Source of the DNA: Alphaproteobacteria bacterium | GTDB lineage: Bacteria > Pseudomonadota > Alphaproteobacteria > GCA-2731375 | Assembly: GCA_965225945.1 (NCBI GenBank) | Contig: CBDDBZ010000039.1 | Span: 384,001 to 448,000, forward strand | Length of the DNA stretch: 64,000 nucleotides | Reading direction: 5' to 3' | Part shown: in pieces, positions 1 through 11,042 of the stretch | How positions within the stretch are numbered: position 1 is the stretch's first letter | Layout of the letters: the number at the start of each line of letters is the position of its first letter | Made by a program: the position numbers and the translations under genes | Notes under the pieces: generated by a model | Databases searched by the model: none | Told to the model about the DNA's origin: nothing | What the model saw: the letters and a program-made list of their open reading frames with translations, nothing else

Positions 1-11
1 CGCGCGCGGCT

Positions 12-3000
12 TCAGATGGTGAAGTATTTGGCCTGCGGGTGGTGCAGCACGATGGCCGAGGTCGACTGCTCGGGGTGGAGCTGGTCCTCCTCGCCCATCT
101 CCAGGCCGATATCGTCGGCGGCCAGCAACGCCAGCAAATGGTGCTGGTCGGCGAGGTTGGGGCAGGCCGGGAAGCCGAAGGAATAGCGCGAGCCGCGGTA
201 GCCCTGGCTCAGCAGCTTGTCCTTCTCGCGCGCGTCCTCGTGGCCGAAGCCCAGTTCGGCGCGGATCCGGGTATGCACGTATTCCGCCATCGCCTCCGCC
301 ATCTCGACGCCGAGACCGTGCAGGTAGAGGTAATCGCGGTAGTGGTCGGCATCGAACCATTCCCGCGCGGCCTCGCTCGCGCGCTGGCCCACGGTCACCG
401 CCTGCAGGGCGACGACATCGCGTTCCGGGGCCGAAACGTCGCGCACGAAGTCGGCCATGCACAGGCCGCCCTGGCGGCGCTGGCGCGGCAGCGCGAAGCG
501 GGCCACCGCGGCCTCGCCGTCGGCGGCGAACAGCACCAGATCGTCGCCCTCGCTCGCCGCCGGCCAATAGCCGTAGACGGCTTCGGGCGCCAAGATCTCC
601 TCGGCCTCGCAGCGCGCCACCAGGTCGAGCAGGATCGGCTTCACCTCGGCCTCCGCCCAGGCCATGTATTGCTCCAGTCGGCGGCCCTGCTTGCGGTAGC
701 CCCAGTGGAACTGATAGAGCATCCGCTCGTTGAGATAGGGCAAGAGATCGCGGATTCTCAAGCCCTCGATTCGCCGGGCGCCGAGGAAGGGGGGGCTCGG
801 CACCTCGGTCTCGGCCGCCAGCTCGTCGCGCCGGAGGCGGATCTCCTCCGCGTCCACCGGGCGCAGCATGGCCGAGCCTTCGGCCAGTTTGGCGCCGTTG
901 ACCCGCGGGTGCCGCTTGGCCTGCTGCTCGGCGAGATGGAAATCAAATTCGCCCGCGATCACGCGCGCCATGATGTGGAGCCCGGCAAAGGCGTCCTGGG
1001 CGTAGGCGACCCGACCGTCCTCGCCGTAGGCGGCGCGGCAATCCTCCTCGACATAGCGCCGGGTGAGCGCGGCGCCGCCCAGCAGGACCGGGATATCCAG
1101 CCCCTGGCGGGCCATCTCCTGGAGGTTCTCTCGCATTACCACGGTCGACTTGACCAGCAGGCCGGACATGCCGATGGCGTCGGCCCCGTGCTCCCGCACC
1201 GCCTCCAAGATATTGGCGATCGGCTGCTTGATGCCGAGGTTCACCACCTCGTAGCCGTTGTTGGTGAGGATGATGTCGACCAGGTTCTTGCCGATGTCGT
1301 GCACGTCGCCCCTGACCGTGGCGACGACGATGGTGCCCTTCCGCGCGCCCTCGCTCCGGTCCATGTGGGGCTCCAGGTAAGCCACCGCCTTCTTCATCGT
1401 CTCGGCCGATTGCAACACGAAGGGAAGCTGCATTTGCCCGGAGCCGAACAGCTCGCCGACCACCTTCATGCCGTCGAGCAGGAATTCGTTGATGATGGTG
1501 AGCGGCGGATGGCGGCTGAGCGCCTCGTCCAGATCGGTCTCCAGGCCCAGGCGCTCGCCATCGATGATGCGGCGCGTCAGCCGATCCTCGACCGCCGCCG
1601 GTAGCGGCACCTCCACGCGCGGTCCCTCGCGATCCTCAAACAGCGCGATGTAGGCATGCAAGGGATCATAGTCGGGGCCCCGTCGGTCGAAGATCAGGTC
1701 CTCGGCGATGCGCCGGTCTTCCTCCGGAATCGCGTGCAGGGGACGGATTTTGCTCGCGTGCAGGATCGCCCCGGTCATGCCGCGCTTCAGGGCATGGTCG
1801 AGGAACACCGAATTGAGAACGTGGCGGGCCGCCGGCTTCAGTCCGAAGGAGATGTTGGAGAGGCCGAGGATGATCTGAGAGCGCGGCATCTCCCGGGCGA
1901 TGGCCTCGATCGCCTCCAAGGTCCACAGGCCCAGCTTGCGGTCGTCCTCGTTGCCGGTGCAGATGGTGAAGGTCAGCGGATCGAACAGCAGATCCTCCGG
2001 CGCCAGACCGTGTCGCTCGACGGCGAAAGCGTACAGCCGGCGGGCGATCCGAAGCTTCGCGTCGACCTCTTTCGCCATGCCGTCCTCGTCGATGGTGAGG
2101 GCGATGACGCCGGCGCCGAATTTGGCCGCGAGCTCGAGGCGACGGGCCGGCGGGTCCTCGCCATCCTCGAAATTGATCGAGTTGATCAGCGCCTTGCCGC
2201 CGTAGAGCTTCAGGGCCGTCTCGATCACCACCAGCTCGGTCGAGTCGATCACCAGCGGCGCGTCGACCGAGCCCCTGAGCCGCCGCGCGGCCTCGGTCAT
2301 GTCGGCGATCTCGTCGCGGCCGACGAAGGCGGTGCAGAGGTCGAGGGCGTGGCTGCCTTCCCGCGTCTGCTTGCGGCCGATGGCGACGCAGGCATCCCAG
2401 TCCTCGGCCGCCTGGGCCTGGCGAAACTTCCTCGAGCCGTTGGCGTTGCAACGCTCGCCGATCGACAGGAAGGCGTTCTCCTGGGCGTAGGTCACCTGGC
2501 CGTAGAGCGAGGCGATGGCCGGCTGCCAGCGGGGCGAGCGGGCGGCCGGCACCGGCCGTCCCGCCGGCTCGATCTCGCGCAGCAGGCCATCGAGCCTGGC
2601 GGTGTGTTCCGCCGTGGTGCCACAACAGCCGCCGACCATGTTGACCCCGTCCTCGCGGACGAATCGCTCGAGCCAACGGGCCATTTCGTCCGCCGATAGC
2701 GGATAGTGCGGCCGGCCGTCGACCAGTTCCGGCAGACCCGCGTTGGGCTGCACGGAGATCACTCCCGGCCAGTTGCGCCCCAACCAGGCGACATGTTCCG
2801 CCATCTCTTGCGGGCCGGTCGCGCAATTGAGGCCGAGGGCCTCGATCCCGAGCGCATGGACGATGGTCGCGGCGGCCTGAATATCGGTGCCGACGAGCAG
2901 CGTGCCCGTGGTCTCGATCGTGACCTGGCACAGTATCGGAAGTTCGCGCCCGGCCTCGCGGAGCGCCGCGCGGGCGCCGTTCACCGCCGCCTTGAGCTGC

Positions 3001-3491
3001 AGCGGATCCTGCACCGTCTCCACCAGGAAGCCCTCGACGCCGCCTTCCAGCAGACCCGCCGCCTGGATCTGGTAGGCCGCCTCCAATTCGTCGTAGGCGA
3101 TCTGCCCGAGGCTCGGCAGCCGGGTGCCCGGGCCGATGGCGCCGAGCACGAAGCGGCGGCGTCCGTCGCCGCTGTGCGCCTCGACGCTTTCCACCGCCAA
3201 TTCGCCCGCCCGCCGGTTGATCTCGCGCGCGCGGCCGGCCAGGTCGAATTCGCCCAGCGTGATGGGCGAGCCGCCGAAGCTGTTGGTCTGCACGACGTCG
3301 GCGCCGGCCTCGAGATAGCCCCGGTGGATCTCGCGAACGATGTCGGGACGCGAGAGATTGAGGACCTCGGTGCAGTTCTCGCACCCCAAAAAATCCGCCT
3401 CGATATCGAGGTCGAGCATTTGCACTCGGCTGCCGACGGCGCCGTCGCACAGCAGCACGGTATCGCGCATGGCGCTCAGGATGTCGCTCAT
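12..3491 (-). CDS. metH: B12-dependent methionine synthase
   Basis: Hcy-binding GGCCGT, pterin domain (IGERCNANGS), B12-binding DVHDIGKN, C-terminal reactivation domain ending AKYFTI; ATG overlaps the metF stop. Confidence 0.97.
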   Translation of the reverse strand: MSDILSAMRDTVLLCDGAVGSRVQMLDLDIEADFLGCENCTEVLNLSRPDIVREIHRGYLEAGADVVQTNSFGGSPITLGEFDLAGRAREINRRAGELAVESVEAHSGDGRRRFVLGAIGPGTRLPSLGQIAYDELEAAYQIQAAGLLEGGVEGFLVETVQDPLQLKAAVNGARAALREAGRELPILCQVTIETTGTLLVGTDIQAAATIVHALGIEALGLNCATGPQEMAEHVAWLGRNWPGVISVQPNAGLPELVDGRPHYPLSADEMARWLERFVREDGVNMVGGCCGTTAEHTARLDGLLREIEPAGRPVPAARSPRWQPAIASLYGQVTYAQENAFLSIGERCNANGSRKFRQAQAAEDWDACVAIGRKQTREGSHALDLCTAFVGRDEIADMTEAARRLRGSVDAPLVIDSTELVVIETALKLYGGKALINSINFEDGEDPPARRLELAAKFGAGVIALTIDEDGMAKEVDAKLRIARRLYAFAVERHGLAPEDLLFDPLTFTICTGNEDDRKLGLWTLEAIEAIAREMPRSQIILGLSNISFGLKPAARHVLNSVFLDHALKRGMTGAILHASKIRPLHAIPEEDRRIAEDLIFDRRGPDYDPLHAYIALFEDREGPRVEVPLPAAVEDRLTRRIIDGERLGLETDLDEALSRHPPLTIINEFLLDGMKVVGELFGSGQMQLPFVLQSAETMKKAVAYLEPHMDRSEGARKGTIVVATVRGDVHDIGKNLVDIILTNNGYEVVNLGIKQPIANILEAVREHGADAIGMSGLLVKSTVVMRENLQEMARQGLDIPVLLGGAALTRRYVEEDCRAAYGEDGRVAYAQDAFAGLHIMARVIAGEFDFHLAEQQAKRHPRVNGAKLAEGSAMLRPVDAEEIRLRRDELAAETEVPSPPFLGARRIEGLRIRDLLPYLNERMLYQFHWGYRKQGRRLEQYMAWAEAEVKPILLDLVARCEAEEILAPEAVYGYWPAASEGDDLVLFAADGEAAVARFALPRQRRQGGLCMADFVRDVSAPERDVVALQAVTVGQRASEAAREWFDADHYRDYLYLHGLGVEMAEAMAEYVHTRIRAELGFGHEDAREKDKLLSQGYRGSRYSFGFPACPNLADQHHLLALLAADDIGLEMGEEDQLHPEQSTSAIVLHHPQAKYFTI

Positions 3492-4444
3492 GGGTTGGCG
3501 TCCCCGCTTTGCGCGGCGGCACCCGCCGTCGCCTCCACCGTTGCCTCCCCTGGCGCCCGCATGCCGAGGATGTGACAGATGGCGTAGACCAGGTCGGCGC
3601 GGTTGAGCGTGTAAAAGTGGAACTCGTCGACGCCGGCGCACTGGAGCTGGCGGCACTGTTCGGCGGCGACGGTGGCGGCGATCAACTTGCGGCTCTCGGT
3701 GTCGTCGTCCAGGCCCTCGAAGAGGTGCGCCAGCCATGCCGGCACGCTCGCCCCGCAGGTGGCGGCGAAGCGAACCACGGTGCGGAAGTTGGTCACCGGC
3801 AGGATGCCCGCCACGATCGGCACCCAGATACCGCTCACCCGGGCCCGATCGAGGAAGCGGAGATAGCTCTCGGCGTCGAAGAAGAACTGGGTAATCGCGC
3901 GATCGGCGCCGGCGTCGATCTTGCGCTTGAGGTGGTCGAGGTCGGCCTGCGAGGAGGCGGCGTCGGGATGGATCTCCGGATAGGCGGCGACCGAGATCTC
4001 GAAATCGGCGATTCGCTTCAGTCCGGCCACCAGCTCGGCGGCGTCGGCGTAGCCGTTCGGGTGGGGCGTGAAGGCGGACTGTCCCTCGGGCGGGTCGCCC
4101 CGGAGCGCCACGATATGGCCGACGCCCGCCTCGCGGTAGGCCCGGGCCACCTTATCGACCTCGGCCCGCTCGGCGCCGACGCAGGTGAGATGGGCGGCGA
4201 CGCCCAGATCGGTCTCGCGGACCACGCGGGCGACGGTGCGATGGGTGCGCTCGCGCGTCGTGCCGCCGGCGCCATAGGTTACCGATACGAAGCGCGGCCC
4301 GAGCGGCGCCAGCCGGGTGATCGCCCGCCACAGCGCGGCCTCCATCTCCGGCGTTTTCGGCGGAAAGAACTCGAACGAGACCTCCGGCGGGCCGCCGAGC
4401 GCGGCCAAGCTCGGCCCGGCCGGGCGGGGCGGGGAAAGCGACAT
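3488..4444 (-). CDS. metF: 5,10-methylenetetrahydrofolate reductase
   Basis: SFEFFPPK, SVTYGAGG, ALRGD, ITQFFF and HFYTLN motifs. Confidence 0.96.
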   Translation of the reverse strand: MSLSPPRPAGPSLAALGGPPEVSFEFFPPKTPEMEAALWRAITRLAPLGPRFVSVTYGAGGTTRERTHRTVARVVRETDLGVAAHLTCVGAERAEVDKVARAYREAGVGHIVALRGDPPEGQSAFTPHPNGYADAAELVAGLKRIADFEISVAAYPEIHPDAASSQADLDHLKRKIDAGADRAITQFFFDAESYLRFLDRARVSGIWVPIVAGILPVTNFRTVVRFAATCGASVPAWLAHLFEGLDDDTESRKLIAATVAAEQCRQLQCAGVDEFHFYTLNRADLVYAICHILGMRAPGEATVEATAGAAAQSGDANP

Positions 4445-5415
4445 CAGGCGGAAATCTCCTGCTCGGCCCCGACCCGTCGAGAGCCCGTCACCGGGCGCCG
4501 GGCGGGCCAGACCTTCACGGTGAGCGGATGGCCGGCGAGGCCCACCGGCGCGCGGGCCTCGAGGCCGGCGCCGAGGAGCCACTGGGCGACGTCGGCATCG
4601 TCGAAGCCGAGCCAACGATGCTGGTGATCGCGGCGCAGGAAGTCCTCGCCATGGGCGGCGAAGTCGACGACGGCGAGGTGCCCGCCCGGCCGCAGCACCC
4701 GCGCCGCCTCCTCGATCGAGGCCCGGGGATCATCGAGAAAGTGCAAGACCTGGTGGACGACGACGGCATCCTGCGTGGCGCCGGCGAAGGGCAGGTTGTA
4801 GAGATCGCCGTGCCGGACTTGGCAATGGCGAACGTCCACCTGCTCCAGCTTGGCGCGGGCGACGCGCAGCATCTCGTGGCTGAGATCGATGCCGACGCCG
4901 CGGCCGATGAGGGGTGCGAAGATCTCCAGGATCCGCCCGGTGCCGGTGCCGATGTCGAGAAAATCCTCGATTTTCTCGTCGGCGAAGATCTCCAGCAGCA
5001 CCGCCTCGACCTCGGCTTCCGGCACGTAGAGGCCGCGAATGCGGTCCCAGCTATCGGCGTTGGCGCGGAAATAGTCGGCGGCGACGCGGGCGCGGGCGGC
5101 CTTGACCGCCTCCAGCCGCTCCATGTCGAGCGCCAGGACGGCATCGTTCTCCGGCAGGAGGTCGATCAGGACGTGGGCGAGCTCGGCGCAGGCGCCCTGC
5201 TCGGACAATCGATAGAACGCCCAGGTGCCCTCCCGGTGACGGGTCAGCAGCCCCGCCTCGCACAATAGCTTCAGATGGCGCGAGACCCGTGGCTGGCTCT
5301 GCCCCAGGATCTGGGTCAGTTCCGTCACCGTGAGTTCGGCATAGGCGCTGATCGCCAGCAGGCGCAGCCGGGTCGGCTCCGCCGCCGCCTTCATTGCCGA
5401 TAGGATACGCTCCAT
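4444..5415 (-). CDS. sahR: ArsR-HTH / SAM-methyltransferase-fold regulator of the methionine cycle (SahR type)
   Basis: N-terminal ArsR HTH (QSQPRVSRHLKLL) plus LDIGTGTG; first gene of the metF-metH operon. Confidence 0.85.
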   Translation of the reverse strand: MERILSAMKAAAEPTRLRLLAISAYAELTVTELTQILGQSQPRVSRHLKLLCEAGLLTRHREGTWAFYRLSEQGACAELAHVLIDLLPENDAVLALDMERLEAVKAARARVAADYFRANADSWDRIRGLYVPEAEVEAVLLEIFADEKIEDFLDIGTGTGRILEIFAPLIGRGVGIDLSHEMLRVARAKLEQVDVRHCQVRHGDLYNLPFAGATQDAVVVHQVLHFLDDPRASIEEAARVLRPGGHLAVVDFAAHGEDFLRRDHQHRWLGFDDADVAQWLLGAGLEARAPVGLAGHPLTVKVWPARRPVTGSRRVGAEQEISA

Positions 5416-5462
5416 GCTTCTCTCCACCCCGGAGCGCCATCCTTCGCCCCACGACACAGCAA

Positions 5463-5484
5463 GATATAAAGATATTTTTATATC
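5463..5484. promoter_or_regulatory. AT-rich palindromic operator, likely SahR box
   Basis: GATATAAAGATATTTTTATATC, near-perfect 22-bp palindrome about 50 bp upstream of sahR. Confidence 0.75.
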
Positions 5485-5950
5485 ATTGGCAAATGATTAA
5501 TGCCGATTGACATAATCGCGGGCACCGGAGTCGCCCGGACGGGACCCCGCGAGCCAAGGGCAGCGGCTCCCGGCCGGTGGCACCGGCGCGCAACTCGATC
5601 CCGTCGATGGCGAAAATGTCCCTCGGCTACGCCTTGGTATGCTTTATTCCGGGTTGATTTGGCCAAATCCGCCCTCGAGGCGGCTCGGCGGACCGATTTG
5701 CGAGCTTCCGGGCAACTCCGGCCCGGTAATTTGCAAACCGACAGAGACATGAAAATTCGGCCCGGGCCGCCCCGGGCCGCGGTTCCGCCGACTCGAAAAG
5801 GTGGGGAAGTATCCCGAGCGCGGCGAAGGACGGCTTCACCGGGATCGATCTAGCCACGCGGGGGGAGATGTGTTAGCACTTTCTTGGGCAAAGTCGTACA
5901 TGCTGGGAGAGCGTGGGGCCGCGGTTGGCCCGAGTTTGGAGGGAGATCGG

Positions 5951-6841
5951 ATGCCGGTCGTACGCCGACGTCATGGCGATGTCTCGCGTGATGTCGCCCC
6001 GTCGCCTCTCGGCGTGCCGCTTCGCTGGCTGGCCCTCGGCTTGGCGCTGAGCTTGGCCGCGTGCGCGACGCCGCCGCCGCTGGACGACGAGGTCGCCATC
6101 GCCGCCTATGAGGAGGCGAACGATCCCCTGGAGCCGATGAACCGGACCATCTTCGAGATCAACCAGGGTCTCGACGCGGCGATATTGAAGCCCCTGGCGC
6201 TGGCCTATCGGATGCTCTTTTCCGACGACATTCGCAACGGCGTGCGCAACATTACCCGCAATCTCAACACGCCGCGGAACTTTATCCACGACGTGCTCCA
6301 GGGCGAGCCGGAACGCGCCCGCGACAGCGCCGCACGCTTCGCCGTCAACAGTCTGGCGGGTGCCGGTGGCATGCTCGACGTGATGGCGATGGACACCGGC
6401 GTCGAGGCCGAGGCGATCGCCTATCACGACGAGGATTTGGGTCAGACGTTCGGCGTCTGGGGCATCGGCGAGGGCCCCTATCTCATGCTGCCGCTGTTCG
6501 GGCCGTCCAACGTCAGGGATGCCGTCGGGAAGGTCGGCGACATCTTTCTCGATCCCTTCCGCTACCTCATGCCCAACAACGTAGACACCGCTTTCAGCCT
6601 CTCCCGCAGGATCGCCGGCGGCATCGATACGCGCAGTCGACTGATCGAGGCGCTGGACGAGATCGAGCGCACCTCCATCGATTTCTACGTGACGATCCGC
6701 AGCCTCTATCGCCAGCATCGCGCGGCCGAGATTCTCAACGACGCCGATGGCGCCCTGGCGCCCGCGCCGGATATCGCCATCGAGTTCGAGGAAGACGAGG
6801 AGGTCGATCGAAAGCGGGTCTCACGGGCAACCACGAACTGA
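5951..6841 (+). CDS. mlaA: VacJ/MlaA family lipoprotein
   Basis: Lipobox LSLAAC, DPLEPMNR, EDLGQTFGVWG, GPYLMLPLFGPS; start uncertain. Confidence 0.9.
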   Translation: MPVVRRRHGDVSRDVAPSPLGVPLRWLALGLALSLAACATPPPLDDEVAIAAYEEANDPLEPMNRTIFEINQGLDAAILKPLALAYRMLFSDDIRNGVRNITRNLNTPRNFIHDVLQGEPERARDSAARFAVNSLAGAGGMLDVMAMDTGVEAEAIAYHDEDLGQTFGVWGIGEGPYLMLPLFGPSNVRDAVGKVGDIFLDPFRYLMPNNVDTAFSLSRRIAGGIDTRSRLIEALDEIERTSIDFYVTIRSLYRQHRAAEILNDADGALAPAPDIAIEFEEDEEVDRKRVSRATTN

Positions 6842-6853
6842 TCGAGGCGCGAT

Positions 6854-7468
6854 ATGCGGCGTATCCTGGCTTATTTCGTTCCCATCCTGGTCCTGCTGGC
6901 GGTGGCGCTGGCGAGCGACCCGGCGCGCGCCATCGCGCCGGGCGAAGCCAGCAAGTTCGTCGACGATCTCGGCGGCAGCGCGATCCGGACCCTCGGCGAC
7001 ATCGGTTTGAACGACAAGCAACGTCAGGCGGCGCTCAGGGAATTGCTACGCCAGGGCTTCGCCCTCAAGGGCATCGGCAAGTTCGTGCTGGGGCGACATT
7101 GGCGGGGCGCCAGCAAGGCGCAGCGCAAACGCTACCTGAAACTCTTCGAGGCCTTCATTCTTGACAGCTACGGCGCGCGCTTCTCGCAGTATTCCGGCCA
7201 GACGATCGAGGTGGTGGGCGAGCGGGCCGACGGCGCCAACGGCCGTGTGGTCACCAGCAAGATCCGCCGTGGCGACGGCTCGATCCTCAAGGTCCAATGG
7301 CGGGTCCGCGAGGCCAGGTCGCGGCTGATGATCGTCGACATGGTGGTGGACGGCGTCAGCCTCGCGATCACCCAGCGCGCCGAGATGGCGGCCGTGATGC
7401 AGCAGAAGAAGGGCAACCTCGACGCCCTGCTCGACGAGATCGAGAGCAAGATCAAGGACCTGGAGTAG
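6854..7468 (+). CDS. mlaC: MlaC/Ttg2D phospholipid-binding protein
   Basis: Signal peptide, VLGRHWR, IVDMVVDGVSL...QRAE; follows mlaA. Confidence 0.85.
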   Translation: MRRILAYFVPILVLLAVALASDPARAIAPGEASKFVDDLGGSAIRTLGDIGLNDKQRQAALRELLRQGFALKGIGKFVLGRHWRGASKAQRKRYLKLFEAFILDSYGARFSQYSGQTIEVVGERADGANGRVVTSKIRRGDGSILKVQWRVREARSRLMIVDMVVDGVSLAITQRAEMAAVMQQKKGNLDALLDEIESKIKDLE

Positions 7469-7544
7469 CTCCCCGTCAATTATCCCAACCGACGTAAGGC
7501 GTGACCGCATGGCCGGCGCCCCGCGCCGGGTGTAGGCTCGTCCC

Positions 7545-8483
7545 ATGGAGCTCGTTCACGCACGCTCGAAGCTGTTGCCGGCGGATATGGTTCGGGCCTT
7601 GGCGGCGCGCTCGGACGGCGCGGCGGCGGTACGGCTCGGGCTCCACCTGGCCTTGCTCGCCGCCGCCGGGACGCTCACCTGGCATGCCCTCGGCACCTGG
7701 CTGTTGTTGCCGGCGATGGTCAGCCAAGGCGTGCTGCAGGTCTCGCTCTTCGCCGCTCTGCACGAATGCGTCCATCGCACCGCCTTTCGCTCGCGCCGGG
7801 CGAACGATTCCGTGGCTGCGGCAATCGGCCTCATAGCGGTGCTGCCGGCGGGCTTCTTCCGCCGCTTCCATTATGCCCACCACCGCTTCACCCAGGACCC
7901 GGCGCGCGATCCGGAACTGGCGGCGCCCAAGCCCGAGACCCCGGCCGGGTACGCCCGCCAGGTCTCCGGCTGGAACTATTGGCGCGACCGGGCGCGGGAG
8001 TTGGTCGGCCACGCCCGAGGCCATGTCGGCGCCGATTTCGTGCCCCGGGCCGAGCGCCGGGCGGTCGTGGTGGAGGCGCGCCGCCATCTCGCCCTCTACG
8101 CCGTGGTCGGCCTCGCCGCCCTCCTGCTCGGCCGGTGGGAACCGCTCGCTCTCTGGCTGGGGCCGGCGATCCTGGGCCAGCCCTTGCTTCGCCTCTACCT
8201 GCTGGCGGAACACACCGGCTGCCAGCTCGGTCCCGACATGGTGAGGAACAGCCGCACGACGCTGGCCGGCTGGCCGACGCGCCTGTTGATGTGGAACATG
8301 CCCTATCACGTGGAGCACCACGTCTACCCGGCGGTACCGTTCCATGCGCTCCCGCGCCTGCACGCCCTAATGGCCGACCGACTGATCGAGACGGCGCCCA
8401 GCCATGCCGCCTTCCACGTGCGCTACTGGCGGGCGATCCGCGCCGGCACGGGCGCCCATTTCACCCGCTGGGTCCGCGGTTGA
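7545..8483 (+). CDS. Membrane fatty-acid desaturase family protein (MocD-like)
   Basis: Three His boxes HECVH, HYAHH and HVEHH; TM segments. Confidence 0.85.
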   Translation: MELVHARSKLLPADMVRALAARSDGAAAVRLGLHLALLAAAGTLTWHALGTWLLLPAMVSQGVLQVSLFAALHECVHRTAFRSRRANDSVAAAIGLIAVLPAGFFRRFHYAHHRFTQDPARDPELAAPKPETPAGYARQVSGWNYWRDRARELVGHARGHVGADFVPRAERRAVVVEARRHLALYAVVGLAALLLGRWEPLALWLGPAILGQPLLRLYLLAEHTGCQLGPDMVRNSRTTLAGWPTRLLMWNMPYHVEHHVYPAVPFHALPRLHALMADRLIETAPSHAAFHVRYWRAIRAGTGAHFTRWVRG

Positions 8484-8523
8484 GGCGCGCCGCGCCAAAT
8501 TCCGAATCAGAGGAATCGCCCCG

Positions 8524-10198
8524 ATGACCGCGCCCGACCGCTTCGACAATACCCGGCGGATCTGCAGCCCTCGGGGCTCTACCCTCGACTGCCCGGAGTT
8601 GGCTCACCGAGGCGCCGCTCCGCATGCTGATGAACAATCTCGACGCCGAGGTCGCCGAGCGGCCGGAGGAGCTGGTGGTCTATGGCGGCATCGGCCGTGC
8701 GGCGCGCGACTGGGCCTGCTACGACGCAATCGTCGCCTGCCTCGCGGAACTGGCGGCGGACGAGACTCTGCTGGTGCAGTCGGGCAAGCCCGTCGGCGTC
8801 TTCCGCACCCACGAGGACGCGCCCCGCGTGCTGATCGCCAACTCGAACCTGGTCGGCCAATGGGCGACCTGGGATCACTTCCATGAATTAGACCGGGCCG
8901 GTCTGATGATGTACGGGCAGATGACGGCGGGATCGTGGATCTACATCGGCAGCCAGGGGATCATCCAGGGCACCTACGAGACCTTCGTCGAGGCCGGCCG
9001 CCAGCACTATGGCGGCGATCTTGCCGGCCGCTGGATCCTGACCGGCGGGCTCGGCGGCATGGGCGGCGCGTAGCCCTTGGCCGCGACCATGGCGGGGGCC
9101 TCGATACTCTGTGTCGAGGCCAGGGCGGAGCCTATCGAACGGCGGATCGCGAAGGGCTATCTCGATCGCTGGACCGCCGACCTGGAGCAAGCGCTGGGCT
9201 GGATCGAGGCCGCGTGCGCGGCGCGCGAGGCGGTCTCCGTCGGCCTTCTCGGCAACGCCGCCGAGGTCTTTCCCGAGCTGGTGGCGCGTGGCGTCCAGCC
9301 CGATATCGTCACCGACCAGACAGCGGCGCACGACCCGCTGAACGGCTACCTGCCGGCCGGCTGGACGGTGGCCGAGTGGGAGGTACTGCGGAACAGCGAG
9401 CCGGCCCGGGTGATCGCCGCCGCCAAGGACTCGATGGCGCTGCAGGTGCGCGCCATGCTGGCCTTCCACCGGGCCGGCGTGCCGACACTCGATTATGGCA
9501 ACAACATCCGCCAGTTCGCGAGGGAGACGGGGGTCGCCGACGCCTTCGACTTTCCCGGCTTCGTGCCGGCCTATATCCGGCCGATGTTCTGTCGCGGCCG
9601 GGGCCCGTTCCGCTGGGTGGCGCTCTCGGGCGAGGCAGCGGACATCCACAAGACCGACGAGGCGGTGAAGGCGCTGGTCGACGACCCCCACCTCCACCAT
9701 TGGCTCGACATGGCGCGGCAACGAATTCCCTTCCAGGGACTGCCGTCCAGGATCTGCTGGCTCGGCTTGGGCGAGCGGGCGCGGGTCGGCCTCGCCTTCA
9801 ATCGGCTGGTGGCCTCGGGCGAGTTGGCGGCGCCGATCGTGATCGGCCGCGACCATCTCGATTCGGGCTCCGTCGCCAGCCCCAACCGCGAGACCGAGGC
9901 GATGCGCGACGGCTCCGACGCGGTGGCTGACTGGCCGCTGCTGAACGCGCTGCTGAACTGCGCCAGCGGCGCCACCTGGGTCTCGATCCACCACGGCGGC
10001 GGGGTCGGCATCGGCTATTCGCAACACGCCGGCATGGTGGTGGTGTGCGACGGCACCGAGGCGGCAGCCCGCCGGCTGGAGCGGGTGCTGAGCAACGATC
10101 CGGCCAGCGGCGTCATGCGCCACGCCGACGCCGGCTACGAAGACGCCATCGCCTGTGCCCGCGAACACGAGCTGAACCTGCCGATGCTCGATGGCTAG
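8524..10198 (+). pseudogene. hutU: Urocanate hydratase with a +1 frameshift (~8592) and an in-frame TAG (9071-9073)
   Basis: [11 protein letters not shown].../[51 protein letters not shown]. Confidence 0.9.
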
Positions 10199-10232
10199 TG
10201 GAGCGGGCGGCCCGGGCGAGGGAGAGCTATCG

Positions 10233-11042
10233 ATGATCGCGAAACTCGAGGCCGTCGAGCGGGCCGCGCTGGAGGATATGGTGGCGGCCGCGCCGGCCGA
10301 TCTCGCGACCCGTCTCGGCATCGAAGGCGCCGAGGTGGGAACGGCTTACCTCGCGCTGGCGGCCAAGCTGCCGGCCTCCGCCGTGGTCGTCAACCGGACC
10401 ATCGGCCTCGGCATGGGCGGCCCCGCGAGCCGCGAGGAGGTGGCTCTGATCGTCCGGCGTTACCGCGAGGCCGGGGTCGCGCGCCATTTCCTCCATCTCC
10501 ACCCCGAGGCCCGGCCGGCGGAGATCGCCCAATGGTGCGCGGCCGAGGGGCTGGAGCGGGCCCGGGCCTGGGTCAAGTTCGCCCGGGGCCGCGAGGCGCC
10601 GCCCGACGCGCCGACGGAGTTCGACATCCGCCTCGCCGGCCCGGCCGAGGCGCCGGCGGTCGGGCGGATCGTCGCCGAGGCCTTCGACCTGGGCGCGGCG
10701 GCGGCACCTTGGCTCGCCGCCCTGGTCGGCCGCCCGGGGTGGCGAATCTACGCCGGCATGGACGGCGATAGGCCGGTCGGGTCGGGGGCGATGTTCGTCC
10801 GCGATTCCGTCGCTTATCTCGACTGGGGGGCGACGGCGCCGGCGGCGCGCGGGCGCGGCTGCCAGAGCGCGCTCCTGCGGGCCAGGGTGCTCGACGCCCT
10901 CGACTTTGGCTGCGAGCTGATCGCGACCGCAACCGGGGAGGAGGTGGCGGGCGATCCCCAACACTCCTATTCGAACATCCTGCGCACCGGCTTCCGGCCC
11001 GAGGTGACGCGCCTCAACCTGGCGCCGCCGAGACCCGTATGA
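10233..11042 (+). CDS. GNAT family N-acetyltransferase
   Basis: C-terminal ATAPAARGRGCQSALL acetyl-CoA motif. Confidence 0.75.
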   Translation: MIAKLEAVERAALEDMVAAAPADLATRLGIEGAEVGTAYLALAAKLPASAVVVNRTIGLGMGGPASREEVALIVRRYREAGVARHFLHLHPEARPAEIAQWCAAEGLERARAWVKFARGREAPPDAPTEFDIRLAGPAEAPAVGRIVAEAFDLGAAAAPWLAALVGRPGWRIYAGMDGDRPVGSGAMFVRDSVAYLDWGATAPAARGRGCQSALLRARVLDALDFGCELIATATGEEVAGDPQHSYSNILRTGFRPEVTRLNLAPPRPV

